From an uncultured Ignavibacteria bacterium (GTDB lineage Bacteria > Bacteroidota > Ignavibacteria > Ch128b): 64,000 nt of DNA. The stretch spans positions 19,163 to 83,162 of the forward strand of contig CALDZP010000003.1 of the NCBI GenBank assembly GCA_937944105.1, in the 5' to 3' direction. The notes below the pieces were generated by a model. It made no database searches. It was not told where the DNA came from and worked only from the letters and a program-made list of their open reading frames with translations. Below are positions 21,236 through 31,328 of the stretch, piece after piece (the stretch's first letter is position 1; every line of letters starts with the position of its first letter). A program made the position numbers and the translations under genes.

Positions 21236-21619
21236 TTAATAAAAAGCATTAATAATATGATTTATTTTCAATTCATTCTCATTTTCTCCGACGATTGTTA
21301 TTACATCGAATCGACAAAGTTGTTCTTGAATTCCATTTACATAAAAATAAGCTTCCGCTATTTTTTTCAGCTGTCTTTGCTTGGATTTAGTTATTGAATA
21401 TTCTGGTTCACCATATAAATAATTCCTTCTCGATTTAACTTCTACAAAAACTATATATTCACCATCTCTAGCAATAATATCAATTTCACCTTTACCAAAA
21501 GTGAAATTCTTTTTTATGATTTCATAACCTTTCGAAATCAACAATTTCTCAGCAATTTCTTCACCTTTTTTACCCAGACTTTTAGAATTCGATTTTTTGT
21601 TGTTCTGTTCTTCGCTCAT
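21236..21619 (-). CDS. yraN: YraN family (UPF0102) endonuclease-like protein
   Basis: G..GE..A, GEIDII, VFVEVK.R, RFDV, HI.NAF; adjacent to rnhB. Confidence 0.92.
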   Translation of the reverse strand: MSEEQNNKKSNSKSLGKKGEEIAEKLLISKGYEIIKKNFTFGKGEIDIIARDGEYIVFVEVKSRRNYLYGEPEYSITKSKQRQLKKIAEAYFYVNGIQEQLCRFDVITIVGENENELKINHIINAFY

Positions 21620-22214
21620 ATATTTTTCTCAAAAATTTTTTTCTATGAATTTCGCATGGTCCAAATTCTAATATTGCTTTGATATGTTCCTTTGTTGGGT
21701 ATCCTTTGTTTTTATGAAATTTATAATGTGGATATATTTTTGAATATTCTCTCATTAATCTATCTCGGTAGGTTTTTGCTAAAATTGAAGCACCAGCAAT
21801 AGAAAAGCATCGAGAGTCACCTTTAATAACAGCTTTATTTTCAATTGATAAATCAAGTTTGAATTTCCCATCAACAAGAACATAATCGGGAGTTAAGCTT
21901 AACTTCATTATCGCATTTTTCATTGCAAATAAAGAGGCATTGAAAATATTTAATCTATCTATTTCTTTTTCATCTACCACAAATACTGAATAAGAAAGAG
22001 CTTTCTGCTTAATTTCAATTTCCAAAGCCTCTCTATTTTTTTGTGATAGCTTTTTGGAATCATTAATTCCTTCAATAAAGGTCTCGGCACTGAAAATTAC
22101 AGCAGCCGCAACAACCGGACCTGCAAGTGGCCCTCTGCCCGCTTCATCAACTCCAGCAATAAGTTTGTATCCTTTTGATAATATTTCTTTTTCTATCTTT
22201 TGAAAACTATTCAA
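21582..22214 (-). CDS. rnhB: Ribonuclease HII
   Basis: AGVDEAGRGPLAGPV, DSKKL, KGD, ASILAK..RD, KGYPT..H. Confidence 0.97.
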   Translation of the reverse strand: MNSFQKIEKEILSKGYKLIAGVDEAGRGPLAGPVVAAAVIFSAETFIEGINDSKKLSQKNREALEIEIKQKALSYSVFVVDEKEIDRLNIFNASLFAMKNAIMKLSLTPDYVLVDGKFKLDLSIENKAVIKGDSRCFSIAGASILAKTYRDRLMREYSKIYPHYKFHKNKGYPTKEHIKAILEFGPCEIHRKKFLRKIYERRTEQQKIEF

Positions 22215-23053
22215 TTTACACCAATGTAAATTGCAATTAAACCTATGATCATTTCATATTTAATTAAATCACTTAACTTTCTCAACTCTCTTCTCGAGGG
22301 ATTAGTAAGAATTTTTTTCACAACAAGGATTAGAACTAAATCTACTACAAACAGAATTATTAAGAAGTAGTAAATATTATAAATACCAGCAAAGTAAGGT
22401 ATAAATGTTAGAACAATTGTTAAAAGTATAAAAATAGCACTCATTCTTAATGACGCTTTTTCACCGTAAACAATCGGGAAAGTTCTCAGATTTTTTGTCT
22501 TATCTCCCTCAAGATCTTCGACATCTTTTAAGATCTCTCGAGAAAAATTAATCATAAATGCAAACAAAAAAGGGAAAATAAGGGGCTTAACATTTCCACC
22601 AATTATACCACCAAAAATGAATGATATACCTGTCATAAATCCAACAACAAAATTTCCAATGATGCCTTTATTCTTAAGAGAATAACTATAAAAGAAAATA
22701 ATCACAATTGAAATCATTGCAATAATTAATGCACATAGATCTGTAAAAAGTAATAGAACAATTGAGATTATATTCAAGATAAAATAATAACTCAAAGCAG
22801 CATTAAGTGAAATTAAACCAGAAGGAATAGGTCTCTCAGGTCGATTAACTCTATCAATTTCAAGATCAAAATAATCATTTATAACCATACCAGCACCAGA
22901 AATAACAGCACCAGCAAGAGAACCAATAAAAGATTTAAACGAAAGAAATAGATCTTTATCAGCAATAATTATTGCGAAATAAATTGAGAAAAAAGTTATT
23001 AAAAAATTTACAGGCCTTAGAATTTTAATGTAAGCTAAAAAAATTTTCATCAC
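22211..23053 (-). CDS. UbiA prenyltransferase, DGGGP synthase-like
   Basis: RP.N, INDYFDLEIDRVNRPERPIPSG, REILKDVEDLEGD; multiple TM helices. Confidence 0.85.
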   Translation of the reverse strand: MMKIFLAYIKILRPVNFLITFFSIYFAIIIADKDLFLSFKSFIGSLAGAVISGAGMVINDYFDLEIDRVNRPERPIPSGLISLNAALSYYFILNIISIVLLLFTDLCALIIAMISIVIIFFYSYSLKNKGIIGNFVVGFMTGISFIFGGIIGGNVKPLIFPFLFAFMINFSREILKDVEDLEGDKTKNLRTFPIVYGEKASLRMSAIFILLTIVLTFIPYFAGIYNIYYFLIILFVVDLVLILVVKKILTNPSRRELRKLSDLIKYEMIIGLIAIYIGVN

Positions 23054-24765
23054 TAAAAACCACTTACTATTCCAAAATGAATTTTACCTCTTGAAAAAGT
23101 ATCACCTTCACCAAGAGCAAAATTTACTTTTAATAATCCCAGAGGTGTATTAAAACCACCACCCACTCCATAGCCATATTTAAATTTACTCACTTTTTCA
23201 TTAAAGATATTTCTAAAATAATAACCATAATCAAAAAAAGCTGAGATATAATCAGTGTAATTAATAAGAAATCTATATTCCAGATTAGACCAGAATATTT
23301 TGCTACCTGAAAATTGGTTTTCTTCATAACCTCTCAATGTATTCATACCACCAAACCTAAATAAATCACTTAAAGCAATTCCACTGCCATCTATGACTTT
23401 TGCATTCAATGAAAGAAAAAGCAACTGATTTTTAAGAAAAGATTGAAAAACTGAAATTGACAGATCTCCTTTCTGTTGTTGATATTTTTTTGTTTCCAGT
23501 TCGAGATAATCTTTCTTTATTACTTTACTAATTTCAGTTCGAAACAATACCCCTGATTTAGTGAAAATTGGATTATCCCTTGAGTCGTAAATTATACCAA
23601 ATCCATATGAGAATGATGTGCTTTTATTAACATTGAGAACAAAATAATTTAATAAGGGGATCGTATTAACTGAAGAAAATCTAAATGTTAATCCAAAATT
23701 TTCAGATAAAAATGACTCTACTAAGCCAGAAAAAGTTCTTTGAATATAAACTGTATCTTGCTTTATTTGATTGAACACAGGACTAACATTTATTGGTAAT
23801 CCGAAAATCCAGGGCTCAAAATATTTTATTTCAAAATCTTGAGAATAACGATTTAATTTGTTCCATCTGAAAGAGAAAGCACGGAGAGTGCCAAATAAAT
23901 TTCTTAGAGAAATATTAACCTGACCTGTTAAGTATCCTTTTTCAACTGGATTTGTAGCTGGTACATAACCGATAATCCCATCGAAGAAATTTGTATTCCC
24001 TTCTTTAACTTCGATTTCAAAAATTCCTCTCATATCATCATCAAAGTAAAATTGAGGCTCTGAAACCGATGAAAAAATATTTAAACGATTTAAACGCCTT
24101 AAAACTTTTTTTGATAGTTCTGGAGTGAAAAATTCTCCCTGACTAATTCTCATTTCACGAATAATTACATTCTTATCAGTAAATTTATTACCAAAAATTT
24201 CAATTCTCGAAATCTGTGCTGGATGATTTTTATTTACTGAAAAAATAAGCTCAACAAATCTCTTATAATCTTTTTGCTCAATTGTCCTGTAACTTAAAAA
24301 TTTTACTTCTGCGAAAGGATAGCCTTTCGATTCGAGCATATTAACAATGTATAAAGAAATCTTTTCCGTGTTTTGCTGATTAAAGATCGCTTCATCAAAA
24401 ATTGACTTGATTTTAGATTGTTCTTCGAAGGAAAAACCTTCTATATTATTTATTGACTTGATTATAAATTGTTCGCCTTCTTTTACATTGATTGTAATTA
24501 TTTTAATTGAATCAAGAACTGTGGAATCTATATTCACCTCTGAATTAAGAAAGCCATTTGTTGTGAGGAAATCTTGAAGTTTAGATAAAATTGAGTCCAA
24601 CCTTAAGGAACTTTCGTTTATTTTATTTGAATCTTGATAAGTAAATTTTTTCTGAAGGGACAAATTTTGGAAGTGAACAACAAATTTTGATTGTGCAAGT
24701 GAATTTGAATTAATTGAAAGAATAATAATTGTTAATAATAGAATATTTATTATTGATTTAGTCAA
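23053..24765 (-). CDS. Omp85 (BamA/TamA family) outer membrane protein with POTRA domains
   Basis: GYPFA, GNKFTDKNVIIRE POTRA motifs; YDSRD; GGMNTLRGY (VRGY-like); TPLG; terminal Phe. Confidence 0.88.
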   Translation of the reverse strand: MTKSIINILLLTIIILSINSNSLAQSKFVVHFQNLSLQKKFTYQDSNKINESSLRLDSILSKLQDFLTTNGFLNSEVNIDSTVLDSIKIITINVKEGEQFIIKSINNIEGFSFEEQSKIKSIFDEAIFNQQNTEKISLYIVNMLESKGYPFAEVKFLSYRTIEQKDYKRFVELIFSVNKNHPAQISRIEIFGNKFTDKNVIIREMRISQGEFFTPELSKKVLRRLNRLNIFSSVSEPQFYFDDDMRGIFEIEVKEGNTNFFDGIIGYVPATNPVEKGYLTGQVNISLRNLFGTLRAFSFRWNKLNRYSQDFEIKYFEPWIFGLPINVSPVFNQIKQDTVYIQRTFSGLVESFLSENFGLTFRFSSVNTIPLLNYFVLNVNKSTSFSYGFGIIYDSRDNPIFTKSGVLFRTEISKVIKKDYLELETKKYQQQKGDLSISVFQSFLKNQLLFLSLNAKVIDGSGIALSDLFRFGGMNTLRGYEENQFSGSKIFWSNLEYRFLINYTDYISAFFDYGYYFRNIFNEKVSKFKYGYGVGGGFNTPLGLLKVNFALGEGDTFSRGKIHFGIVSGF

Positions 24766-25718
24766 TTCAGTTTATTAATGATTACTTTTTCTTTTAGTTT
24801 TTCAATATAGTCAAAATCAGCCTGGCAAACTTCAAACATTGAAGCGTTTGCAGCCCCACTTGCCGTTGCCCATCTTAAAATTTCTTCAAATGGTAGATTT
24901 TCATGTATTCCATAAATAAAACCTGCCATAAATGCATCACCACTACCTGTAGAATTAATTGTATTAATCACCGGTGGAATAACTTCATAAATAAATCCAT
25001 GATTGATTGCAAAAAATTTTTTACTTCCATCAGTGATTGAAAAAATTTTAATCCCCATCTTATACATTTCTTTCAGAATTTTAATCACTTCATCGTCTGA
25101 ATTCAGAGAAAAATTTAAAGAACATTTCAGCTCATCAGCATTTACATGAACAATATCCGGATTTAATTTCAAACAATCGGACAAATGTTTACCATAAGTA
25201 TCCAGCAGAGTAATCTTATCATTATCCACCGAGAACCGAATTAACTCTGAAAAAATTTTTATTCCATCAGAAGGATTTTCAAATTCGGGAGAACTACCAG
25301 AAAAGATTACCATTTCACAATTGAGAATTGCTTTCTTGGTTTTTTCGATAAATGAATCCACTTCATTTGACTTTACAACGGGATCCGGGCAAAAATAACT
25401 TTCTCGTAATTTTGAATTCTCAATAATTACAAACCCTTCTCTGGTTTCATCTGAAATTTGAACAAAGGAATTTTTAATATTTTCTTTGTAAAGAATTGAT
25501 TTTAATCTTTTCCCATTTTCTCCACCCAAAAAACCAGTAGCAAGATTATCAAGATTAAACTTATTTAATTGGCGAGAAACATTAATTCCTTTGCCACCAG
25601 CGTTTATTTTATAAGACTTAGAACGATTGACTTTATTACTTTCTATCTTATCAAAGAAAAGAACTTTTTCAAGTAATGGATTAAGAGTTATTGTTAAGAT
25701 CATAAATTTTTTGCTCAA
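24762..25718 (-). CDS. 1-phosphofructokinase-family (PfkB) hexose kinase
   Basis: ILTITLNP, AGGKGINVS, GFLGG.NG, TGSGDAF. Likely start is the ATG at 25703. Confidence 0.88.
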   Translation of the reverse strand: MSKKFMILTITLNPLLEKVLFFDKIESNKVNRSKSYKINAGGKGINVSRQLNKFNLDNLATGFLGGENGKRLKSILYKENIKNSFVQISDETREGFVIIENSKLRESYFCPDPVVKSNEVDSFIEKTKKAILNCEMVIFSGSSPEFENPSDGIKIFSELIRFSVDNDKITLLDTYGKHLSDCLKLNPDIVHVNADELKCSLNFSLNSDDEVIKILKEMYKMGIKIFSITDGSKKFFAINHGFIYEVIPPVINTINSTGSGDAFMAGFIYGIHENLPFEEILRWATASGAANASMFEVCQADFDYIEKLKEKVIINKLN

Positions 25719-26649
25719 TAATATTCTTTAATTCAGTATCGCTTAATTTATTTAATGCTTTGGTTGATCCATATTCAGTTGTAACAATCGCACCCAGATA
25801 ATTACCTATTAAAGCTGACTCGTAAAGACTTTTACCTTTTAAGATTCCGTATAAAAATCCACCTGCAAAAGAATCACCTGCCCCTGTTGAGTCTCTTGAT
25901 TTAACTTTAAAAGGTGGAATTTCTTCTAAATAAAAATCCTTCGAGACAAGAGAACCCTTTCCACCAAGTTTCACAACGATAATTTTAACACCTTGATCGT
26001 GCAACTTTTTCAAAGAATTCTTCAATTTTTTTTCTTTTGTTAATGCTTTAATCTCATCTTGATTTCCCATAAGAATATCAATATAAGGAAGAGAATTTTT
26101 CAAGTTTTTCATCCATCGATTTTTTGTGTCCCAGGCAAGATCAATCGATGTGATAACATTCTTCAATTTAAATTTTTTCAAGATTTTTAGAAGCGGTTCA
26201 CCATCAATTGAAGGAAGGAGATTAACACCACCGATGTGAAAAATTTTTGAATCGAAAATAGTTTTAAGTTCTTTTGAAGGGAACCGAATATCTTTACTTG
26301 CACCGATGGAATGAAAATAACTTCTTTCATTTTTTTTATCAATAAAAAGAATAGAACTTGATGTTGGTTCTTTATTTGAAACATAAACTAATGAAGTATC
26401 GATTTTATTTTCATTTAAATAATCGAGAATGTATTTCCCGAACAAATCATTTCCTACCGAACCAATCAACAAAACATTTACACCAAGTTTTGCAAGTGTG
26501 ATAGCAGTGTTTGCTCCACATCCACCGGTAAAAATTGGAAAAGATGCTACATCAATAGCTTGACCTGAGCGAGGAAATTTCTTTATGTGAGGAATGAAAA
26601 TATCAAAAACAATCGTACCAAGAACTGTTATATCAGGATTTTTAAACAT
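25681..26649 (-). CDS. PfkB/ribokinase family carbohydrate kinase
   Basis: GGCGANTA..LAKLG, G.VG.D.FG, VKLG.KG, DSTGAGDSF. Confidence 0.9.
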   Translation of the reverse strand: MFKNPDITVLGTIVFDIFIPHIKKFPRSGQAIDVASFPIFTGGCGANTAITLAKLGVNVLLIGSVGNDLFGKYILDYLNENKIDTSLVYVSNKEPTSSSILFIDKKNERSYFHSIGASKDIRFPSKELKTIFDSKIFHIGGVNLLPSIDGEPLLKILKKFKLKNVITSIDLAWDTKNRWMKNLKNSLPYIDILMGNQDEIKALTKEKKLKNSLKKLHDQGVKIIVVKLGGKGSLVSKDFYLEEIPPFKVKSRDSTGAGDSFAGGFLYGILKGKSLYESALIGNYLGAIVTTEYGSTKALNKLSDTELKNIIEQKIYDLNNNS

Positions 26650-26652
26650 AGT

Positions 26653-27939
26653 TTAACGATACTTGAACCATTCGGAAAAATCTCGATTGATAAGTCTGTA
26701 ATCTCCAAATCCAGTATAATCAACAAAGATAAATCTTCTATTCAACGAATAATATTCCCAGATTTCATATGCTGGAGTATCATAATTAAATGGTCTTCTT
26801 TCTACATTATTTGGAGGACCAAGTATAATGAATACCATTCCCATATCAGTTTTCCATCCTTCCTGATATGTAGAAAAATGTTGATTAGCATATTCAACTC
26901 TTCCGTAGTATTCATCCATCAATTCGTTTTCTTCTGTTCCAGGAGTCGGATCTTTGGCTCTCCAGAATTCCATAAATTTTTCATACTTAGCTTGTTCATC
27001 TTCAATTTTCAAAAGCTCATTAATTCGGTCGCGATTTGTGATGTAAATCATCTGCTCAATGGCTTTATTTAAATTAGAAATACTTCGTGGGATACCTACC
27101 CACCTTGAAAAAACTCTTTTCGATACTGAGTAAGAACCTTTAACAGTTGAATCGAGTGATTTTGCTGTAATTGTAAGAATATATTCACCTATACTGAAAT
27201 CAGATTTCTCGACCTTTAGAAATATAGGTGTCCGTGATGATGTTAGCTGGTATGGAGTATTAAATTCTAAGATAGACTTTCCTTTAGAATTGGTGATTTT
27301 ACAATTAAGACTGAAGTTTGTATCAGGTGAGTGATTATAAAATTCCAGGAACACATAAAAACCACTTTCATTGAATATTATGTTGTTCGTAATATTTGGA
27401 ATTACTTCTTTCCTTGAATCGATTTCCGAATATCTTGTAACCAGAAGCAAATCACTTAAAGCGAATGGTTCATGAAATGCACGGACATTCAATTCAGTTG
27501 TAGCACTCGCATTTTTTTTCGATTCTTGATCCTGTACAAATATTTTCAATCGATAATTTCCCGGGACTAATCTGAATGATCTTGAACTTATATTGCTACC
27601 ATTTCTTGAAATTGCTTCTGAATAAGAACCAAGAATAATTTTTTCTGTCCAGATTTTTTCAGTTACAAGTCTATCTGTAGAATCATACACACCAGCAGTG
27701 ACTTCGTATGTTGCCACAAAAAGATTTCCTTCTTTGACAAAACTTAATTGAGTGTAAGGTATCTGAATATAAAGATCGACTCTGGTAAATTTCGGATCAT
27801 CCCCTTTGAAATTTAAAGCATTAAAATAAAAAAATGGTATTAAAGTTCTGACACCAACTGAGTTTAAGTTTTCTACTTGAGAATAGCTCAATCGAGCTAA
27901 AATCAAACCAAAAACAATAAAAATAACTTTGGTTTTCAT
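26653..27939 (-). CDS. GWxTD domain-containing exported protein
   Basis: FW...DPTP.T..NE...EYY.R..YAN..F....EGWKTDMG...I..GPP. Confidence 0.9.
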   Translation of the reverse strand: MKTKVIFIVFGLILARLSYSQVENLNSVGVRTLIPFFYFNALNFKGDDPKFTRVDLYIQIPYTQLSFVKEGNLFVATYEVTAGVYDSTDRLVTEKIWTEKIILGSYSEAISRNGSNISSRSFRLVPGNYRLKIFVQDQESKKNASATTELNVRAFHEPFALSDLLLVTRYSEIDSRKEVIPNITNNIIFNESGFYVFLEFYNHSPDTNFSLNCKITNSKGKSILEFNTPYQLTSSRTPIFLKVEKSDFSIGEYILTITAKSLDSTVKGSYSVSKRVFSRWVGIPRSISNLNKAIEQMIYITNRDRINELLKIEDEQAKYEKFMEFWRAKDPTPGTEENELMDEYYGRVEYANQHFSTYQEGWKTDMGMVFIILGPPNNVERRPFNYDTPAYEIWEYYSLNRRFIFVDYTGFGDYRLINRDFSEWFKYR

Positions 27940-29237
27940 TCTACTATTCCTATTAAATCAAATTCAAGTGCATCAATTATATTTACTCTTGAAAATTCAC
28001 CAGGTTCTAATTTTGAATGAGAATTTATAATCACAGAATTATCAACTTCCGGAGCATCCCATTCGGTTCTACCAATGTAAGTTCTCTCATCAATTTTTTC
28101 ATCAATTATAACTTTTAAGTTCAAATCCACCTTTTCCAAATTTTTTTCTCGGGATATTTCCTGCTGAATCTGATAAATCTTTAATTTTCTATTTTCTTTT
28201 TCATCTGCTGGAATTGGATCCCCAAGTTCAAAAGCTTTTGTATTTTCTTCCTGTGAGTATGTAAAAATACCAAGACGCTCAAATTTAACTTCCTTAACAA
28301 AATCAATTAGTTCCTGAAACTCATTCTCTGTTTCTTCAGGATATCCAACTATCAAGGTAGTTCTCAATGCAATATTTGGGACTTTTTTTCTAATCAATTC
28401 AATTAATTCATAAGTTCTTCTTTTTGAAATTCCTCTTTGCATTGATTTCAAAATTTTATCCGAAATGTGCTGAAAAGGGATATCAATATACTTACAGATT
28501 TTTTCTTCTTCAGAAATTACATCAAGAATTTCCTCAGGAAATTTTGCAGGGAATGCGTACAACAACCTGATCCATTCAATGCCATCAACTTTCACGAGCT
28601 TTTTTAATAATGTTGCCAGTTCTCTTTTGCCATATAAATCAAGACCATAATAAGTTGAATCCTGGGCAATTAAGATCAGTTCTTTTGTTCCATTTTCAGC
28701 AAGGTATTTTGCTTCATTAATTATCTGTTCAATTGGTTTTGAAATATGCCTACCTCTAATAAGTGGAATTGCGCAGAAAGAACAGGGATTATCGCATCCT
28801 TCAGAAATTTTTAAGTAAGCATAATGTTTAGGAGTTGTAATTAATCGTTCACCAAGAAGTTCTTTCTTCAAATCCAAACCCAATTCATTCAATACACCTT
28901 TATAATCTGTTACACCAAAATAAGCATCTACTTCCGGGATTTCTTCTACAAGTTCATTTTTATATCTTTCAGATAGACAACCCATTACAACAACTTTTTT
29001 TACCTTGCCCGACATTTTCAAATTAATTGCTTCTAAAATTGCATTAATTGATTCATCCTTTGCATCGTTAATGAAACCACATGTGTTGATAACGATATAG
29101 TCAGCTTCTTTAAAATTATTTATTATTTCAAGACCATTAGCCTGAAATTGTCTTAATAAAACTTCTGAATCAACAAGATTTTTACTACATCCCAAAGAGA
29201 CAAGATTTACTTTTTTATTTCCATTTTTAGTATGCAT
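27936..29237 (-). CDS. rimO: Ribosomal protein S12 methylthiotransferase RimO
   Basis: SLGCSKNLVDSE, NTCGFI, YAYLKISEGCDNPCSFCAIP, DAPEVD (TRAM domain). Confidence 0.96.
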   Translation of the reverse strand: MHTKNGNKKVNLVSLGCSKNLVDSEVLLRQFQANGLEIINNFKEADYIVINTCGFINDAKDESINAILEAINLKMSGKVKKVVVMGCLSERYKNELVEEIPEVDAYFGVTDYKGVLNELGLDLKKELLGERLITTPKHYAYLKISEGCDNPCSFCAIPLIRGRHISKPIEQIINEAKYLAENGTKELILIAQDSTYYGLDLYGKRELATLLKKLVKVDGIEWIRLLYAFPAKFPEEILDVISEEEKICKYIDIPFQHISDKILKSMQRGISKRRTYELIELIRKKVPNIALRTTLIVGYPEETENEFQELIDFVKEVKFERLGIFTYSQEENTKAFELGDPIPADEKENRKLKIYQIQQEISREKNLEKVDLNLKVIIDEKIDERTYIGRTEWDAPEVDNSVIINSHSKLEPGEFSRVNIIDALEFDLIGIVE

Positions 29238-30045
29238 AACTCAAATAAAAATAAATAAATGGTGAGACAAATAATAAACTATCAAATCTATCCAATATTC
29301 CTCCATGACCGGGTAAAATGTTTGACGAATCTTTACAATTAACATCTCTCTTAAACATCGATTCAACAAGGTCACCAATCTGACCTATAATACCAACTAC
29401 TAAACCCATATAAATTACATCATACCAATTTAAGAAATTTAGAAGCAAGAATTTACCAGCCACAAAGGTTAAGATTGCAAAAACAAATCCAAAAATTGCA
29501 CCTTCAATACTTTTTTTAGGACTGATTCTTTCAAGTAATCGATGTTTTCCAAAGGCTGTGCCTCCAAAATAAGCAGCTGAATCACATATCCAGATTGCAG
29601 CAAGCATTACCATTATAATGTAAGCACCATGAGTGTAATCCTGTTCAAATTTTTCTCTTATTCCAATTAATGTAGAATAGAAAAGACTCAAAAAAATTGC
29701 ACCAAAAACAGTCATACCCACATTTAAAAAAGAATTATTCTGAACTCTGGTTAAATTAAAAATTGCAACAAATGCAATAAATAAAAAAGTAATCGGTAAG
29801 AATAAACTAATTTGTTTTGAGTAAAAAATCCATATAATCAAAATAGAATAGATAAACCCTGAAAGGTAATCTGGATTAGCACTTTTTTGCTCAGCCAATT
29901 TGTAAAATTCGTAAAGAGTTAAAAGTACAATAGCAGTTACAAAAAGAGTAAAATAAATTTTTCCGAGATAGACAAGTAATAATATGAGTGGTATTGCAAT
30001 AACACTCACAAGAACTCTTTGAAATAAATCCGGGAATCTGTTCAT
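29227..30045 (-). CDS. cdsA: Phosphatidate cytidylyltransferase
   Basis: W.CDSAAYFGG, ISPKKSIEG, GDL.ES.FKR...KDS..ILPGHGG.LDRFDS. Confidence 0.96.
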   Translation of the reverse strand: MNRFPDLFQRVLVSVIAIPLILLLVYLGKIYFTLFVTAIVLLTLYEFYKLAEQKSANPDYLSGFIYSILIIWIFYSKQISLFLPITFLFIAFVAIFNLTRVQNNSFLNVGMTVFGAIFLSLFYSTLIGIREKFEQDYTHGAYIIMVMLAAIWICDSAAYFGGTAFGKHRLLERISPKKSIEGAIFGFVFAILTFVAGKFLLLNFLNWYDVIYMGLVVGIIGQIGDLVESMFKRDVNCKDSSNILPGHGGILDRFDSLLFVSPFIYFYLSYAY

Positions 30046-30395
30046 TCATTGTCCTCAGAATAATCTTCTTTTTGATTTCCTATTTTTTCAATAATCATAC
30101 GAGCTTCTTCCTCACGATATTCCGGGACAAGAACTTTGATTTCTCCAAGTTCTCCTCCTAGTGGAAAAGAAGTATCTTTTTGCTCAAGAATTACACTCTC
30201 AATCCCAGCAGTTTCAAGATTAGTTTTTACCATTTCTGCCTCATATAACTGAGGTGTAGAAAAAACCTCAATCCAATTTTTATATTTCTCTTCTAATTTT
30301 TCAGATTCTTCTTTTAATATCAATTCGGCTCCACAATCAGAACAATATTCTATTGAATCCTCATATTCAAATCCACAGTTAGGACAAATCTTCAT
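30042..30395 (-). CDS. Zinc-ribbon/DUF2007 domain protein
   Basis: CPNCG...CSDCG; EAEMVK..LE.AGI...; V.VP....EA. Confidence 0.8.
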   Translation of the reverse strand: MKICPNCGFEYEDSIEYCSDCGAELILKEESEKLEEKYKNWIEVFSTPQLYEAEMVKTNLETAGIESVILEQKDTSFPLGGELGEIKVLVPEYREEEARMIIEKIGNQKEDYSEDNE

Positions 30396-31314
30396 CTTTA
30401 AACTCCTCTAAATTTTTTCGTTTGTTTACCTGATGTTTCAATATTAGTAAAGTAAACCATAATAAAAAAGCAGAAAAGATAAATACAAAATATAATGAGC
30501 TTACAGGATAATTTAGATCAGGTTTTGCAGAAATTACATCTTCGGTTTTATACAAGGCATAAATCGTAATAGTGAAGAAGTTATTAATAAAGTGTAAAAT
30601 TACTGAATTAAAAATTGAATCGGTCAAATATACTACATAAGAAAAATAAGCACCCAGCGCAAAGAGTGGCAAGATTGCGAATGGATTAAAATGAAAAAGC
30701 GCAAAAATTAATGCGGTTATAAAAATTGTCCAGAAAATATTTAATCTTTTTTCAAAACTACTTTGAACAAATCCTCTAAAAAGAAATTCTTCACAAAATG
30801 CTGGAACAATAGCAATACTTATAACTATCGATAAATAATCAAAAAAATTATCCATCGCTAAAAGTTCGAGGTAAGATTTCTGTACCAATTTATCAATGGA
30901 ATCAAATATTTCGAATATCTTTCTGAAAGCGGGGTAGTTTGTTTTTAAAATTTCGATATAGTGTGATTGAATATAAAGATAAACCTGAGACGCAAAAAGA
31001 ATTATTATAAGCCCAACAATTGAAATCATTAATTCAACATAGTTCGGTTTTCGAATTCTAAATGTATTAATAAAATCATTGTAAATAATTTTTGCAAAGA
31101 GAATGCTTAAAACAAGCATAAAAATTATTTGACTTATAGAAGTAAAAAGCCGAACATAACCTGCATTTTCTTTAGTTATCTGCAATCCTACAAATTGAAA
31201 AGTTAATAATCCCCCAACTAATTGATAAAGAAAAAACGAAACAAATAAAACCAGAAAGGCTGCACCAATTGGTGAGATACTGTATTGCTGATAATTTCTA
31301 TTAAATTTGATCAA
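30379..31314 (-). CDS. CPBP family intramembrane metalloprotease
   Basis: PAFCEEFLFRG, FALFH, HFINN motifs. Confidence 0.9.
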   Translation of the reverse strand: MIKFNRNYQQYSISPIGAAFLVLFVSFFLYQLVGGLLTFQFVGLQITKENAGYVRLFTSISQIIFMLVLSILFAKIIYNDFINTFRIRKPNYVELMISIVGLIIILFASQVYLYIQSHYIEILKTNYPAFRKIFEIFDSIDKLVQKSYLELLAMDNFFDYLSIVISIAIVPAFCEEFLFRGFVQSSFEKRLNIFWTIFITALIFALFHFNPFAILPLFALGAYFSYVVYLTDSIFNSVILHFINNFFTITIYALYKTEDVISAKPDLNYPVSSLYFVFIFSAFLLWFTLLILKHQVNKRKNLEEFKDEDLS

Positions 31315-31328
31315 AGAAACCTCCGTAT

